Below are positions 8,223 to 18,030 of a stretch of DNA of 63,219 nucleotides, one piece after another; position 1 is the first letter of the stretch, and every line of letters begins with the position of its first letter. The position numbers and the translations under genes were made by a program. A model generated the notes under the pieces. The model worked only from the letters and a program-made list of their open reading frames with translations, made no database searches and was not told the origin of the DNA. This stretch comes from Actinomycetes bacterium. Lineage in GTDB: Bacteria > Actinomycetota > Acidimicrobiia > Acidimicrobiales > JAJZXF01. The stretch is from contig JAJZXF010000005.1 in NCBI GenBank assembly GCA_021802485.1, positions 1 to 63,219 of the forward strand. Direction: 5' to 3'.

Positions 8223-9158
8223 CTAGCCGCGTAGGCCAGCGAAGAGATCGTCCTCCAGGCCGGGTGGGAGGGTCTCAGTTTTCGTACTGGAATCCAATTC
8301 TCGGGAACCGAACCGGGTGAGTGCAGCCCCCTGTTTGTTGGGTCCTTTTGTCATGTCTCTAGCCAGGATGTACTCATCGTACGGGAAGACCTCGGCTGCG
8401 ACTTCTCGCGGAAGTCCGAACCAAAATGGAGAGTTCGGATCAATTTGCGTGGCATGGGCCCGGAGCGCGTCCAGCTGCACGTGAGCGAACCCAGTGCAGT
8501 CAATTGCAGTGGTCACCAGATGATCCTCGGATGGCCGTCTGAGCCACTGGTCTGTGAACGGAGATTCACGGCCGAGTTCGATGAACTTCTCGTGCGTCGC
8601 AAGGACTCTTCGTCTTGACCAGAGTGTGTAGTAAAGCTTGAGCGGTTGCCACGGCTCACCCGCATCTGGGAATGCGCCAGGATCTCCAGCGGCGTCGAAC
8701 GCAAGTACGGTAATCTCATGGGTTCTTAGGTGGTCTGGGTGCGGATATGACTGCTGGTTCTCTGGATACGTGACCACGACTTGTGGTCTCGAGTTGCGCA
8801 GGACGCGAACCAGCGCCCTCACCGCCTCCTTGGTCGGAGCCTGTGCAAAGCAACGGGGATCCTCGTTCAGTTCTGATCCAGGCATTCCCGAGTCGCGAAA
8901 ACCCAGAAGGACCACTTTGTCGTAGCCAATAATCTCGGCTGAACTTTGAAGCTCCGCCATACGCACCTCATGAAGCGACTTGCGCACCTCTGGGGTGTCC
9001 AGGGCTGGATTGAGGATATCGCCAGCTTCACCTCCGGTGCAGCAGACCAGAGTGGTTCTTACCCCTTCCTGGTGATATCGGGCAACGGTCGCAGCGCCCT
9101 TGGATGCTTCGTCATCGGGATGTGCGTGAACCGTGAGCAAGGAAAGGCCGGACTTCAT
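8223..9158 (-). CDS. mca: Mycothiol S-conjugate amidase-like LmbE/PIG-L family deacetylase
   Basis: The N-terminus LLTVHAHPDDEASKGAATVARY plus CCTGGEAGDILNP matches the Mca/MshB zinc-hydrolase signature. The 311-aa length fits Mca better than MshB. Confidence 0.7.
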   Translation of the reverse strand: MKSGLSLLTVHAHPDDEASKGAATVARYHQEGVRTTLVCCTGGEAGDILNPALDTPEVRKSLHEVRMAELQSSAEIIGYDKVVLLGFRDSGMPGSELNEDPRCFAQAPTKEAVRALVRVLRNSRPQVVVTYPENQQSYPHPDHLRTHEITVLAFDAAGDPGAFPDAGEPWQPLKLYYTLWSRRRVLATHEKFIELGRESPFTDQWLRRPSEDHLVTTAIDCTGFAHVQLDALRAHATQIDPNSPFWFGLPREVAAEVFPYDEYILARDMTKGPNKQGAALTRFGSRELDSSTKTETLPPGLEDDLFAGLRG

Positions 9159-9573
9159 GGCGCCTCTATCCTAATTCTTGACCCATGCGCCCGGTGCCCA
9201 CCAGATTCAGGCTGCCGTTGCCGCTGGACGAGGGTCTCGCTGAGTTGCGTACAACTTCTTTGTGTCTCGAGCCTTGGCGAATCCTCTGAATCACTGCGAC
9301 CGATGCGGCGCGCAGATAGCGTCTATGCTGCAATCCAGGGGCGTGGGACATAGAGGGATGATCGATAGGCAGGCCAGTGTCGGCCTCGTACTCCCAGGGT
9401 TCATTACCATGCCTGGCGCGGGTCTTGGGATACTGCTAGTACGGAGCCGGAAATGGCCAAGCAGCTGGGAGTCCCGACGAGAAGGGCGCAGCCTGAGTGG
9501 TTAGCTGCACCCACAACGGAGCTGAGATTAGAGCCATAATGATTGTCAGAGAAACAAAGGGAGACGAAAACTC

Positions 9574-10407
9574 ATGAGCGTGATGAAACGCCTATCTGGC
9601 ATCCTCCAGGCGAAGGCGAACAAGCTCTTGGACAAGGCGGAGGATCCTCGGGAAACCCTAGACCTTTCCTACGAGCGGCAGCTGGAAATGCTCCAGCAGG
9701 TTCGCCGGAGCGTTGCCGACGTTGCGACGGCCCGAAAGCGAATCGAAATGCAGGCTCAGCAGCTCAAGCAATCCGCAGCGAAGCTGCAAGATCAGGCCCG
9801 TCAAGCGATGTCGCAGAACCGGGAAGATCTCGCAAGGGAAGCGCTGACGAGAAGGGCGTCCATTGCCACTCAGCTGTCAGATCTAGAGGCACAGCATGAG
9901 CAGATCAAGTCTCAAGAGGAAAAGCTAGTAGCGACCTCGCAACGGCTTCAGACCCAGGTTGAGTCGTTCCGCACGCACAAGGAGACCATGAAGGCCTCCT
10001 ACAGTGCGGCTCAAGCGCAGACAAAGATCGGCGAGAGCGTTGCAGGAATCTCCGAAGAGATGGGGGATGCTGGTCTCGCTCTCGAACGAGCAAAAGAGAA
10101 GGTTGAGAACATGCAAGCTCGTGCTGGGGCTCTAGACGAGCTGCAGCAGTCGGGCGCGCTCGACGACCTCAGCAACCCCACTGATCATCTGCAGGCGGAG
10201 CTAGACAGGTCGTCTGCGTCTGCGCAGGTGGAGTTGGAGCTTGCCCAGATCAAAGGGGAGTTGGGCTCACCCGGGGCAACCGGCGAGTTGGCGAGTCCCG
10301 GCAGTAACGAGGCAAGTTCTGGTGTCGATGAAACCCCGGCGGGAGCGGCCGCCGAAGCGCCAGCGGAGGCAGCCGAGGGCTCGTCTTCAGGAGGCGGGCA
10401 GTCATGA
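9574..10407 (+). CDS. pspA: PspA/IM30 family protein
   Basis: MSVMKRLSGILQAKANKLLDKAEDPRETLDLSYERQLEMLQQVRRSVADV... is the canonical PspA N-terminus followed by a long coiled coil. The C-terminal tail is acidic and Ala/Gly-rich. Confidence 0.9.
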   Translation: MSVMKRLSGILQAKANKLLDKAEDPRETLDLSYERQLEMLQQVRRSVADVATARKRIEMQAQQLKQSAAKLQDQARQAMSQNREDLAREALTRRASIATQLSDLEAQHEQIKSQEEKLVATSQRLQTQVESFRTHKETMKASYSAAQAQTKIGESVAGISEEMGDAGLALERAKEKVENMQARAGALDELQQSGALDDLSNPTDHLQAELDRSSASAQVELELAQIKGELGSPGATGELASPGSNEASSGVDETPAGAAAEAPAEAAEGSSSGGGQS

Positions 10408-10712
10408 TCATTCGCATTCTTGGTGAAGGGCAATTCGAGGTAGACGAGGAGGCAGCGGACCGCCTGGAGGAGTTGGACGCCAAGCTCTTGGCTGCGATCG
10501 AGGCGAATGACTCTGCTGCGTTTGATCCTGCTCTCGATGCGATCCTTGACGCGACCCGTCGGCTTGGGAGCCCGCTCCCTGCGGATCGTTTTTCGCCGTC
10601 CGATATGGCGCTTCCCCACGCGGGAACGACTCTTGATGAGCTGAAGGACCTTCTCGAGGAGCCGGAGGAAAGCCCCGACCGGGACGAGGCATTGCTGCGG
10701 CCGGAGGCCTGA
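10404..10712 (+). CDS. PspA-associated small acidic protein (PspAA-like)
   Basis: It overlaps the pspA stop by ATGA. The MIIRILGEGQFEVDEEAADRLEELDAKLL opening matches my recollection of the PspAA family (MIVRIMGEGQ...). 102 aa, very acidic. Confidence 0.55.
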   Translation: MIIRILGEGQFEVDEEAADRLEELDAKLLAAIEANDSAAFDPALDAILDATRRLGSPLPADRFSPSDMALPHAGTTLDELKDLLEEPEESPDRDEALLRPEA

Positions 10713-10714
10713 GT

Positions 10715-11644
10715 GTGGTAGAGCATCATCGCATAAGGGCAGACAAGGGGCTGGCCACCCGAATGGGGCTGACCATGTTCATGCTTCTGATGCTCTACGC
10801 GGCTGTGTTCGGAGCGCTGATTGCAATCGGCATATCTGCTATCTTGGTCCTCGCAATTGCAGCAGGTGTGATCTTCGTCCAATACTGGTTCTCGGCGTCA
10901 ATTGCGCTGTATGCCATGGGTGGACGCGAGGTCTCGCCTGCGCAGGCTCCGCAGCTGCACGCAATAGTTGACAGATTGTGCGCCATGGCCGACATGCGAA
11001 AGCCGCGCGTGGCTATTGCATCGAGCGACATTCCAAACGCCTTTGCTACAGGCAGGAGTCCGAACGCCGCGGTGGTTTGTGCAACGACGGGAATACTGCG
11101 TCGCCTGAACGAGCAAGAGTTAGAAGCCGTGCTGGCGCACGAGCTCTCGCACGTCGCGCACAGGGACGTCGCTGTCATGACGATAGCCAGCTTCCTCGGG
11201 ATCGTGGCGGGCTTGATGACCAGGGTTGCGCTGTACGCTGGGATGCTCGGCGGTTTCGGTGGCGGTGGCGGAAGGGACAACGAAGGTGAGCAGGCTGCCT
11301 TGATCGAACTTGCAGTGATCGTCGTGTCTGCATTGGTTTATGCGATCAGCTTCCTCCTCACGAGGGCGCTTTCGCGATACCGGGAGCTTGCTGCGGACCG
11401 TTCGGGCGCTATCCTCATCGGACGCCCATCAATTCTGGCCTCAGCGCTTGTGAAGGTGACCGGGGAGATGGCACGTATACCGACGAGAGACCTACGTTCA
11501 GCAGAGCACTTCAACGCGTTTTATTTTGCGCCCGCGATTGCCAACGGTGTCAGCCTTTCTACCTTGTTCTCCACGCATCCACCCCTACAGAGGCGCCTTG
11601 ATCAGCTGGCAAAGCTCGAAGCAGAGATGAACCGCCCAGCATGA
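10715..11644 (+). CDS. htpX: Zinc metalloprotease HtpX (M48 family)
   Basis: The GTG start lies 2 nt after the previous stop. It has N-terminal TM helices, an HELSHVAHRD zinc motif and a downstream ELAADRSGA glutamate motif. Confidence 0.9.
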   Translation: MVEHHRIRADKGLATRMGLTMFMLLMLYAAVFGALIAIGISAILVLAIAAGVIFVQYWFSASIALYAMGGREVSPAQAPQLHAIVDRLCAMADMRKPRVAIASSDIPNAFATGRSPNAAVVCATTGILRRLNEQELEAVLAHELSHVAHRDVAVMTIASFLGIVAGLMTRVALYAGMLGGFGGGGGRDNEGEQAALIELAVIVVSALVYAISFLLTRALSRYRELAADRSGAILIGRPSILASALVKVTGEMARIPTRDLRSAEHFNAFYFAPAIANGVSLSTLFSTHPPLQRRLDQLAKLEAEMNRPA

Positions 11645-11744
11645 GCCCGAACTCACGGCTTCCGATCCGCAACCGGAGACATGAGATGATGTGCTCGCGA
11701 CCTGCTAGGAATATTCTCCTCTGCTGCTTCGAGCGTCGCGGGTC

Positions 11745-12479
11745 ATGAAACTCCTCGATACGCTCCTTGGGCGGACAAAGCCGGTTCAGGCAAACCTCGA
11801 CTCGCTATTCTCCCTTCCATCCGCTGTGATAACGCTCGAGAGTTCCGCTGGGATACGCCTCTCTGGCCGGGCTGGAGTGTGCTTCAAGCCACTCGCGGGA
11901 GAGGTGTTCCACGAGGCAGAGGATGAAGCGACGACTTTGGGCGGATCACCTGATCCTTCAGCAGCGCCTGGTGGCTCAACTGGCGCGCCAGCGGTATCTC
12001 TGCACACGGTCGGTGACTCCTACGGATACAGATGGGTCGTGGTCAACGACGCGGACATCGAAGATCTGGTGACGAGGGTTCACATGGTGAACACCACCCT
12101 TGCTGAGGCGGGATACGGTCCACAGCTTCTCTGTTCGGTCTTCGGACTGACCGATGCTCCAGCTGGATCAAGCGGTGCGCACGGAGGCGCCCTGGGGCCG
12201 CCAGCGGTAAGAGATGACCCCCCCGCCTTGCTGGGTGGCGGGATCTCAGCTGGGCCAGTTGAAGCTCCTAGAGATGTCGGAGGCGATTCAGTCCCTGCCA
12301 GCACCTCCTATATCGTCTATCTGTATAAGAGAGGAACGTTCTACCCGTTTGCGCCGCGCTCACGTGAGCAGCGTGACAACGAGCTAGAACTCCGGCTCAA
12401 GGCTGTCCTCCAGGCAGATCTTCGCATGGAGGCCGAGCTCGACCGGTGGTTCCCGCTTTGGGGGCTTCCGGTAGGGTGA
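11745..12479 (+). CDS. Conserved hypothetical protein linked to the Psp module
   Basis: 244-aa ORF with conserved-looking ends (MKLLDTLLGRTKPVQANLDSLFSLPSAVITLE... and ...YIVYLYKRGTFYPFAPRSREQRDNELELRLKA) and a low-complexity middle. It may correspond to the PspA-associated PspAB family, but that is unverified. Confidence 0.55.
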   Translation: MKLLDTLLGRTKPVQANLDSLFSLPSAVITLESSAGIRLSGRAGVCFKPLAGEVFHEAEDEATTLGGSPDPSAAPGGSTGAPAVSLHTVGDSYGYRWVVVNDADIEDLVTRVHMVNTTLAEAGYGPQLLCSVFGLTDAPAGSSGAHGGALGPPAVRDDPPALLGGGISAGPVEAPRDVGGDSVPASTSYIVYLYKRGTFYPFAPRSREQRDNELELRLKAVLQADLRMEAELDRWFPLWGLPVG

Positions 12480-12530
12480 ACCCCCCAAGGGGGGCCCTGA
12501 GTTCTAAATGCAGCCACTACACTTGGCGGA

Positions 12531-13529
12531 ATGCAGTATCGTCATCTCGGACAAGCCGGCCTGAAGGTTTCAGCAATCGCATATGGCAATTGGATAACCC
12601 ATGGAAGCCAGATCACCTTTGAGGAGTCCAGGGCTTGTGTAGAGGCGGCACTTGACGCTGGGATCACGACGTTTGACACCGCAGATGTCTATGCTGGCGG
12701 AGCAGCTGAGGAAGCTCTTGCAAACGCGCTGGAGGGTGTTCGGCGGGAGTCGATCGAGCTGTTCACCAAGGTCTACTGGCCCACTGGCCCTGGTGAGAAT
12801 GATCGTGGGTTGTCTCGCAAGCACATCATGGAGTCGCTGCACGCATCACTGACCCGGCTGAAGACCGACTATGTCGACCTGTACCAGGCGCACCGCTTTG
12901 ACTATGAAACGCCGCTTGAGGAGACCCTACGTGCCTTTGATGATCTGGTCAGGCAGGGAAAAGTGCTGTACGTCGGCGTGTCGGAGTGGAGGGCTGAGGA
13001 GATAGCGAGAGCGCTTCGCATTGCAGACGATATGGGCTTTGATCGAATTGTTTCGAACCAGCCGCAGTACTCCCTGCTATGGCGGGTCATCGAGGAGGAC
13101 GTGCTGCCTATGTGCGATAAGGAGCGTATCGGCCAGATCGTATGGTCGCCGCTCGCGCAGGGGGTGCTGACGGGCAAGTACCGACCCAATGAGCCGCTGC
13201 CCACCGGGTCACGCGCTACGGATCCAACTGGCTCGGGCTTCATCAGCGGTTACCTTCGCCCGGATGTCTTGGCTAGGGTCCAGCAGGTCAGCGAGCTGGC
13301 TCGTGATGCGGGGATGACTGCGGCCCAGCTCTCTCTGGCCTGGGTGCTCAAGAACCGAGGGGTGTCGGCGGCCATTGTCGGTGCGAGCCGGCCTGAGCAG
13401 ATCACGGAGAGCGCGCAAGCTGCAAGCATGACCCTCGACAGCGATCTGGCAAGCGCTGTCGAGGAGGTACTCGAACCGGTAGTCACTCGTGATCCTGCAT
13501 TGACCCAGAGCCCAAGCCCAAGGCCCTGA
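12531..13529 (+). CDS. Aldo/keto reductase
   Basis: MQYRHLGQAGLKVSAIAYGNW..., DTADVYAGG, LYQAHRFD and SNQPQYSLL are typical AKR (Kv-beta-like) motifs. Confidence 0.9.
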   Translation: MQYRHLGQAGLKVSAIAYGNWITHGSQITFEESRACVEAALDAGITTFDTADVYAGGAAEEALANALEGVRRESIELFTKVYWPTGPGENDRGLSRKHIMESLHASLTRLKTDYVDLYQAHRFDYETPLEETLRAFDDLVRQGKVLYVGVSEWRAEEIARALRIADDMGFDRIVSNQPQYSLLWRVIEEDVLPMCDKERIGQIVWSPLAQGVLTGKYRPNEPLPTGSRATDPTGSGFISGYLRPDVLARVQQVSELARDAGMTAAQLSLAWVLKNRGVSAAIVGASRPEQITESAQAASMTLDSDLASAVEEVLEPVVTRDPALTQSPSPRP

Positions 13530-13921
13530 CCGAGGCCACGCGCTGAACCAGGCGGGCGAAACCGTCGAGTTGACCCAGTTGCGGGCGCAGGCCCGCGGCT
13601 AAGACGTAGGGCGACGTAATTCTCGCTGAGTTGATCGGCGAGGAAAATCCCACTATGCGAGGCGAAGTTGCTGCGAGGCCAGCGTAAGAACCCTCCGGGG
13701 CGTTGTTCGCTGGTACGGATTCGCGCAGTGCCTGGCTCCCAAGCCTTCCGACCATTCACCTTGGCTCCCTTGGTGCTACAACCATCGCCGTACCGAGGAC
13801 CTGTTGCCGGTTCGTCTGTGACACGGATGCGGCGTATTACCTCCGGTAAGACAGCCAGGGAATATGCCGCAATCTCGCGGCTTCAGCGTTGGCAGTAGGT
13901 CAAGCGGCTAGTCTTGGCAAC

Positions 13922-14007
13922 GGAGGGATGCGAGAGTGGCCGAATCGGACGGTCTCGAAAACCGTTGTGTCCCTGTGGCACCGTGGGTTCGAATCCCACT
14001 CCCTCCG
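13922..14007 (+). tRNA. tRNA-Ser (anticodon CGA)
   Basis: GGAGGGATGCGAGAGTGGCCGAATCGGACGGTCTCGAAAACCG...long variable arm...GTGGGTTCGAATCCCACTCCCTCCG. It has an acceptor stem GGAGGGA/TCCCTCC and anticodon loop CUCGAAA. Confidence 0.9.
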
Positions 14008-14169
14008 CTCTCGAGAGGCCATTTCTGGAGGTTCCTCGCAACCTCCGGGAGTGGTCTCTTCGGCTCGGCCAGGAGAGACGTTTGTCCAGAGCCCTGGGTT
14101 CACCACACGTTTCCTGGCAGGGCATTGGTGGCCTGGATGCATCGGGCGCTACGATTGGTCGCCAAGCTA

Positions 14170-14196
14170 GGGAAGACAGGGAAGACAGGGAAGACA
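14170..14196. repeat. Perfect 9-bp tandem repeat (GGGAAGACA)x3 running into the SD sequence of the SCP2 gene
   Basis: Read directly as gggaagaca gggaagaca gggaagaca ggagg. Confidence 0.95.
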
Positions 14197-14207
14197 GGAG
14201 GCACTAC

Positions 14208-14594
14208 GTGTCAAAGTTTCTCAGCCAGGAATGGTTTGATGATATGAAAAACCTGGCCGAGAGCCAGCCTGAGCGGCCGAACGCTTCAGCTCGGATGCAG
14301 TATGTGGTGACAGGAGCACCCGATGGAGACGTCCAATACTATTGGGTTCTTGTCGATGGCAAACTGCTTGAGTGCGCGTTGGGTGAACTCGCTGAGTCAG
14401 AGGTCACGCTCACTCAGACCTACGATGACGCCGTGAAGATCCAAAAAGGCGAGCTGGACGCCACCGCCGCGTTTATGCAAGGGCGGGTGAAGGTGACTGG
14501 CAACATGGCCAAAGTGATGTCCTTGCTGCCGATTACCAACTCTCCAGAGTACAAGCAGCTCCAAGCTGAACTTGGCCGTATTACTGAGTACTGA
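14208..14594 (+). CDS. SCP2 sterol-binding-domain protein
   Basis: GTG start at 14208, 7 nt after AGGAGG. The sequence VSKFLSQEWFDDMKNLAE...DDAVKIQKGELDATAAFMQGRVKVTGNMAKVMSL is the SCP2 pattern. The upstream part of the tracked ORF overlaps the tRNA and was discarded. Confidence 0.8.
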   Translation: MSKFLSQEWFDDMKNLAESQPERPNASARMQYVVTGAPDGDVQYYWVLVDGKLLECALGELAESEVTLTQTYDDAVKIQKGELDATAAFMQGRVKVTGNMAKVMSLLPITNSPEYKQLQAELGRITEY

Positions 14595-14688
14595 TCGGGT
14601 CGTCGTTCAGGCCTAGCTGGCAAACTGCCTCGCATCTTGCGATGTGTCAGGTGGTAATAGCCCGCTGCATCCCAGAGATCGGGGGCGC

Positions 14689-15522
14689 TCAGGCACGCAT
14701 GAGAGACCGCAGCTCTTTGTACCCAATCAGCTGGGCACCGGTAGATTCAAGCAGCCCACGGAAAGACTCGTCGGACACGAGCAACTCATGGTCGTCGATG
14801 TGATGCTGGTAGCCAGCGTTGATTGCGTGAAGTTCGGGTGTATCCGCGCTCGGGCATACATAGCCCTCGGTAACTCCTGGCTTGAGAGATAACAGCGCCT
14901 CTGAGAGTGCGCGGCGGCTGCCATCGCCCGTTGGCACTGCGATCAGGTGGTCTGGTGATACGACTCCCTCATCTGCGGCCAGACGGCGGAAGGGGAAACC
15001 TACCTGCTGCTCAAGGTCCGCTGATGGAAGCCTTGCTGGCAGCGAGAACTCGACAGCAAGGCTCAGGTAGATGTCGAAGAACTCCGCTTTGGTGTAAAGC
15101 GCCCCCATGTGGGAGCTCAGGTGGCTTATGTCGAAGCCCCAGTAGATCGCCCGCTCTATTTGAGCGCGGCATTCGCGCAGCGTTTCATCGAGGTCCGCAT
15201 GGTCCCAAGTGTCAAGCACGGTTCTCGGAAAACCACCGTCACCGTCGAGCAACGATGGTGCATGGGTGATTGGGCCCCAGCGGTATAGGTCGTGTTCCGC
15301 GTTGAGCGTAAGGTCTAGACCTATATCTTCGCCCCTGTATGCGGAGGCGGCCTCTCTCGCCCATGGACATGGGACCATCAGGGTCGCGCTCGTTGCCAGG
15401 CCGTTCCGTAGGCACTCGAACACAGCCACGTTGCTTGCATGGCTCAACCCAAGGCCATCGCAGTTGAGGATCAGTAATTTTGCGTCAGGCGGATATCCTA
15501 GGCGCTCTGGCAGCGTTGTCAT
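14689..15522 (-). CDS. YdjC/ChbG-family carbohydrate deacetylase
   Basis: From the internal ATG at 15522: MTTLPERLGYPPDAKLLILNCDGLGLSHASNVAVFECLRNGLATSATLMVPCPW..., the typical YdjC N-terminus (D-G-G, SxN, and the later HxH region SSHMG). Confidence 0.85.
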   Translation of the reverse strand: MTTLPERLGYPPDAKLLILNCDGLGLSHASNVAVFECLRNGLATSATLMVPCPWAREAASAYRGEDIGLDLTLNAEHDLYRWGPITHAPSLLDGDGGFPRTVLDTWDHADLDETLRECRAQIERAIYWGFDISHLSSHMGALYTKAEFFDIYLSLAVEFSLPARLPSADLEQQVGFPFRRLAADEGVVSPDHLIAVPTGDGSRRALSEALLSLKPGVTEGYVCPSADTPELHAINAGYQHHIDDHELLVSDESFRGLLESTGAQLIGYKELRSLMRA

Positions 15523-15562
15523 ATTCCGACCGTAGCGGTTCCAGGGCCCGCATGAAGCCTGT

Positions 15563-15844
15563 TCAACCTTTGGCCGTTCGTTGCCAGCAGTTCGTTGCGA
15601 TGGCAATGGTGAACCTCGCCGCTGCGAGGTGGCACGAATCGTGTGTTCGCCGGTAGTCGGCACCCGACAAGGTGACCGGGACAATCGCAGTGCGTACGAC
15701 CTCACGGCTTGTTGGCGGACTACTCGGTAATGCGAGCGTATGTTCGATACTACTCCAGGGGTGTAATAGTTCCTCGGATAGGTGTGTACTTGTCTTATCA
15801 GCGGCCTTGACCCCTCCCTTACGGAAAGGGGGTTGCGACCGCAT
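15563..15844 (-). CDS. Small ribbon-helix-helix-like protein, paralog B
   Basis: From ATG 15844: MRSQPPFRKGGVKAADKTSTHLSEELLHPWSSIEHTLALPSSPPTSREVVRTAIVPVTLSGADYRR... The beta-strand/helix/helix spacing (KTSTHLSEELL ... SREVVRTAI) looks like CopG/Arc-type RHH proteins. The substitution pattern against paralog A indicates purifying selection (see findings). Confidence 0.45.
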   Translation of the reverse strand: MRSQPPFRKGGVKAADKTSTHLSEELLHPWSSIEHTLALPSSPPTSREVVRTAIVPVTLSGADYRRTHDSCHLAAARFTIAIATNCWQRTAKG

Positions 15845-15949
15845 TTGGTTCAGCTTGTGCGTAGCCGATGGTTCACACGATCCGTGTTGGGCGAACGAGG
15901 AGCGAGCCGACATCCTCCCCACGGCTAAAGCCGGGGGGTTCCCCTTGCA

Positions 15950-17602
15950 CTACGCCGCTGCCGTTGGCGATGTCCTGCCAACGGCTCTAGGCGGAGCTGA
16001 GCCCGTCTCCGGTATTACCGGAGCTGTCGATCCAGGCTCGACAGCTGGAACGGGGTTTTGAGGCTGTGCCGCGAGCAGCTCCGACGCAGGGACCGAGGTC
16101 CCCACGTGTCCGTAGCGCTTTCGCGCAAGAGGGACTCGCTGCTTGAACTGCCCCGACGCCGTGTGCACGGCGATGTCCTGCCGCCTACTCAGCTCATCAA
16201 GAGCCTTTGGCGCGTCGAGGGTCCCGTCTGAGTCTATGTGTCGCCACAAGAATGCGGAGAACAAATCTCGCTGGATGGGTCCGATACCGCACTCATCACA
16301 AGTATGCACTCTGAGCGAGGGCGGGTTTTTCTTTCTTGCTGCACAGACGCAGGACTGTGAGGGGGCAGAGAGCGTGGGATCGCCCTCACCGGTTCGCCCG
16401 CCGGCACTCTCAGCCTTGCGGAGCAGGCCCGTGATGAACCCACCTGGCGCTCTGTCTCTTACACTGCGCCCGTAGTTGCGCTGGAAAGATCGATACGAGT
16501 TCTTTTCGGCACATACGTCGCTGTCTTGCCCGAGGATGCGGTTCTGGAGATTGCCATGCAGGCTCTGGCGGTGCGCGGCCATCATGGTGCGCCTCAGAGA
16601 GCTGGGCCTGGGTGCGTTTGGCTGATGCCGACTTGTTCTTCCAGCGGCAGTTACCGGAGATGTGCCTGCCTTTGTCGTCGAAGCAGCCAGGCGAGCCTTC
16701 GCGGTGTTGGCGGTCGAGTTGGCGAGACAGCCTGCGGATGGGAACTCGGTCGAACTCGATGCCGGGGTCGGTGCCGTTGGAGCCGGCGAGCTGCTCTCTG
16801 TAACAGGCGGTGTCTGTGACCACGTTCGCGTATCCAAGACCGGGGTCCAAGGTGACGGTCTCTTCGCCTACCTCGTAGCGCTGGAGTGGGACCCCGTCGA
16901 AGACGAGCATCGCTCGAAAGGTGGGCCGGCCCCGGATGATCGTCCTTGTGATCCCCACTCGCAACAGCCTGCCTGCTGCTACATGGAGTGCCGCGCAAAA
17001 CTGCACGGGATCGTAGGGGTCGAGCACGAAGGGCAGGTTGACACCTGCCCACGTGATGCCGGAACCGTCGTCGTTTATCCTGATGTCGCCGTTGTTGTCC
17101 TTTACGACGAGGGAGTGAAGGCCATGACCATTTGCCTTGAACCTGGGCCGACCGCGTTTGGCAACAAACCAGTTGTTTACGGCATCGTAGGCTCGCTCGG
17201 CCAAGACCTGGGCTTCCTGGGCGCCTACGCGTGGTCGCGGATGAAGTTTCCGCGCAGGCATGGCCTGCGGAGGTACGAGCCGTAGGACATGACCGGCCGC
17301 TCGGTGAAACCGTAGTCCGCCCGGAGCTCGGCGTAGAGGGCCGATCTCTCGGGGTTCGAGCGTCCCGCTGTCTGCTTGGGCATCGACTGGGCTTTATCCC
17401 AGCGCGGATCGCGTCGGATGTTGTCCACCCGCTTGAAGCATTCCCCAAGCACGGCGTTGTAATGGAGCCGTCCCACCTCGTAGCGGATCTCTGCGGTCTT
17501 TACTTTCCGGGGCGTGGCTTGAAGTGGGATCGTACATACGAAGGTGGGCGAGCCTCTCTTGCGTTTGCGGGAACGGTCCGAGGCGACCTTGTAGCGTCCC
17601 AT
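15950..17602 (-). pseudogene. tnpB: TnpB (IS605 OrfB / RNA-guided endonuclease family), disrupted by at least two frameshifts
   Basis: Homology to the intact copy at 50714-52408 runs through three frames, switching near 17240 and near 16590. The order is MGRYKV...LHYNAVLGE, then RPRFKANGHG...RQLDRQHREGSPGCFD, then VCAEKNSY...CVCAARKKNPPSLRVHTCDECGIGPIQRDLFSAFL. Confidence 0.8.
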
Positions 17603-18030
17603 CAAGCGCCTTTCTGGCTTTCGACGTAAGCTTTTACGACCGAGAGCGGTGCTCCACCGACGGTCGCGACAAAGTGGCCGTTGGTCCAAAGGGTTGGGAG
17701 CCGGGAGCGCAAAGTTGGAAACTCCTCGCGCACCAACCTGCTAGATCGCCCCTTGATGGCCTTCACCAGCCGGTGGATGCCGAACTGAGGATCGACCTCG
17801 ACTAGCAGATGCACATGGTCGGGCATCGTCTCCACTTCGATCAGCCACCCCTGCTTCTCTGCGACTACCTCCGCTATCACCTCCTTTAGCCGCTCCTCAA
17901 CCTTCCCGACGAGCACCTTCCGCAGGTACTTCGGGCACCGCACGACGTGATAGGCGCAGCGGAACATCACGTTGGCGTTGGATCGAATAGTTGCGCCAGC
18001 CACAACACCCACTATATCGCACCAATGCAA
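17602..18030 (-). CDS. tnpA: IS200/IS605 family Y1 (HUH) transposase TnpA
   Basis: YHVVRCPKYLRKVL, HUH motif DHVHLLVEVDP, GRSSRLVREEFP, and the C-terminal GGAPLSVVKAYVESQ with the catalytic Tyr. The true start may be the internal ATG at 17967. Confidence 0.85.
   Translation of the reverse strand: MHWCDIVGVVAGATIRSNANVMFRCAYHVVRCPKYLRKVLVGKVEERLKEVIAEVVAEKQGWLIEVETMPDHVHLLVEVDPQFGIHRLVKAIKGRSSRLVREEFPTLRSRLPTLWTNGHFVATVGGAPLSVVKAYVESQKGA

Noticed and set aside
13914-14207. N-terminal extension of the SCP2 ORF, plus the parallel ORFs 13889-14170 and 13936-14247.
   Set aside because: They overlap the tRNA-Ser(CGA) gene and the 9-bp tandem repeat. A GTG with a strong AGGAGG at 14208 gives a normal SCP2 protein.
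16651-17448. Long alternative-frame ORFs inside IS copy 1 (16651-17448 minus, 16662-17285 plus).
   Set aside because: They overlap the frames that carry clear TnpB homology and have Arg/Pro-rich spurious composition.
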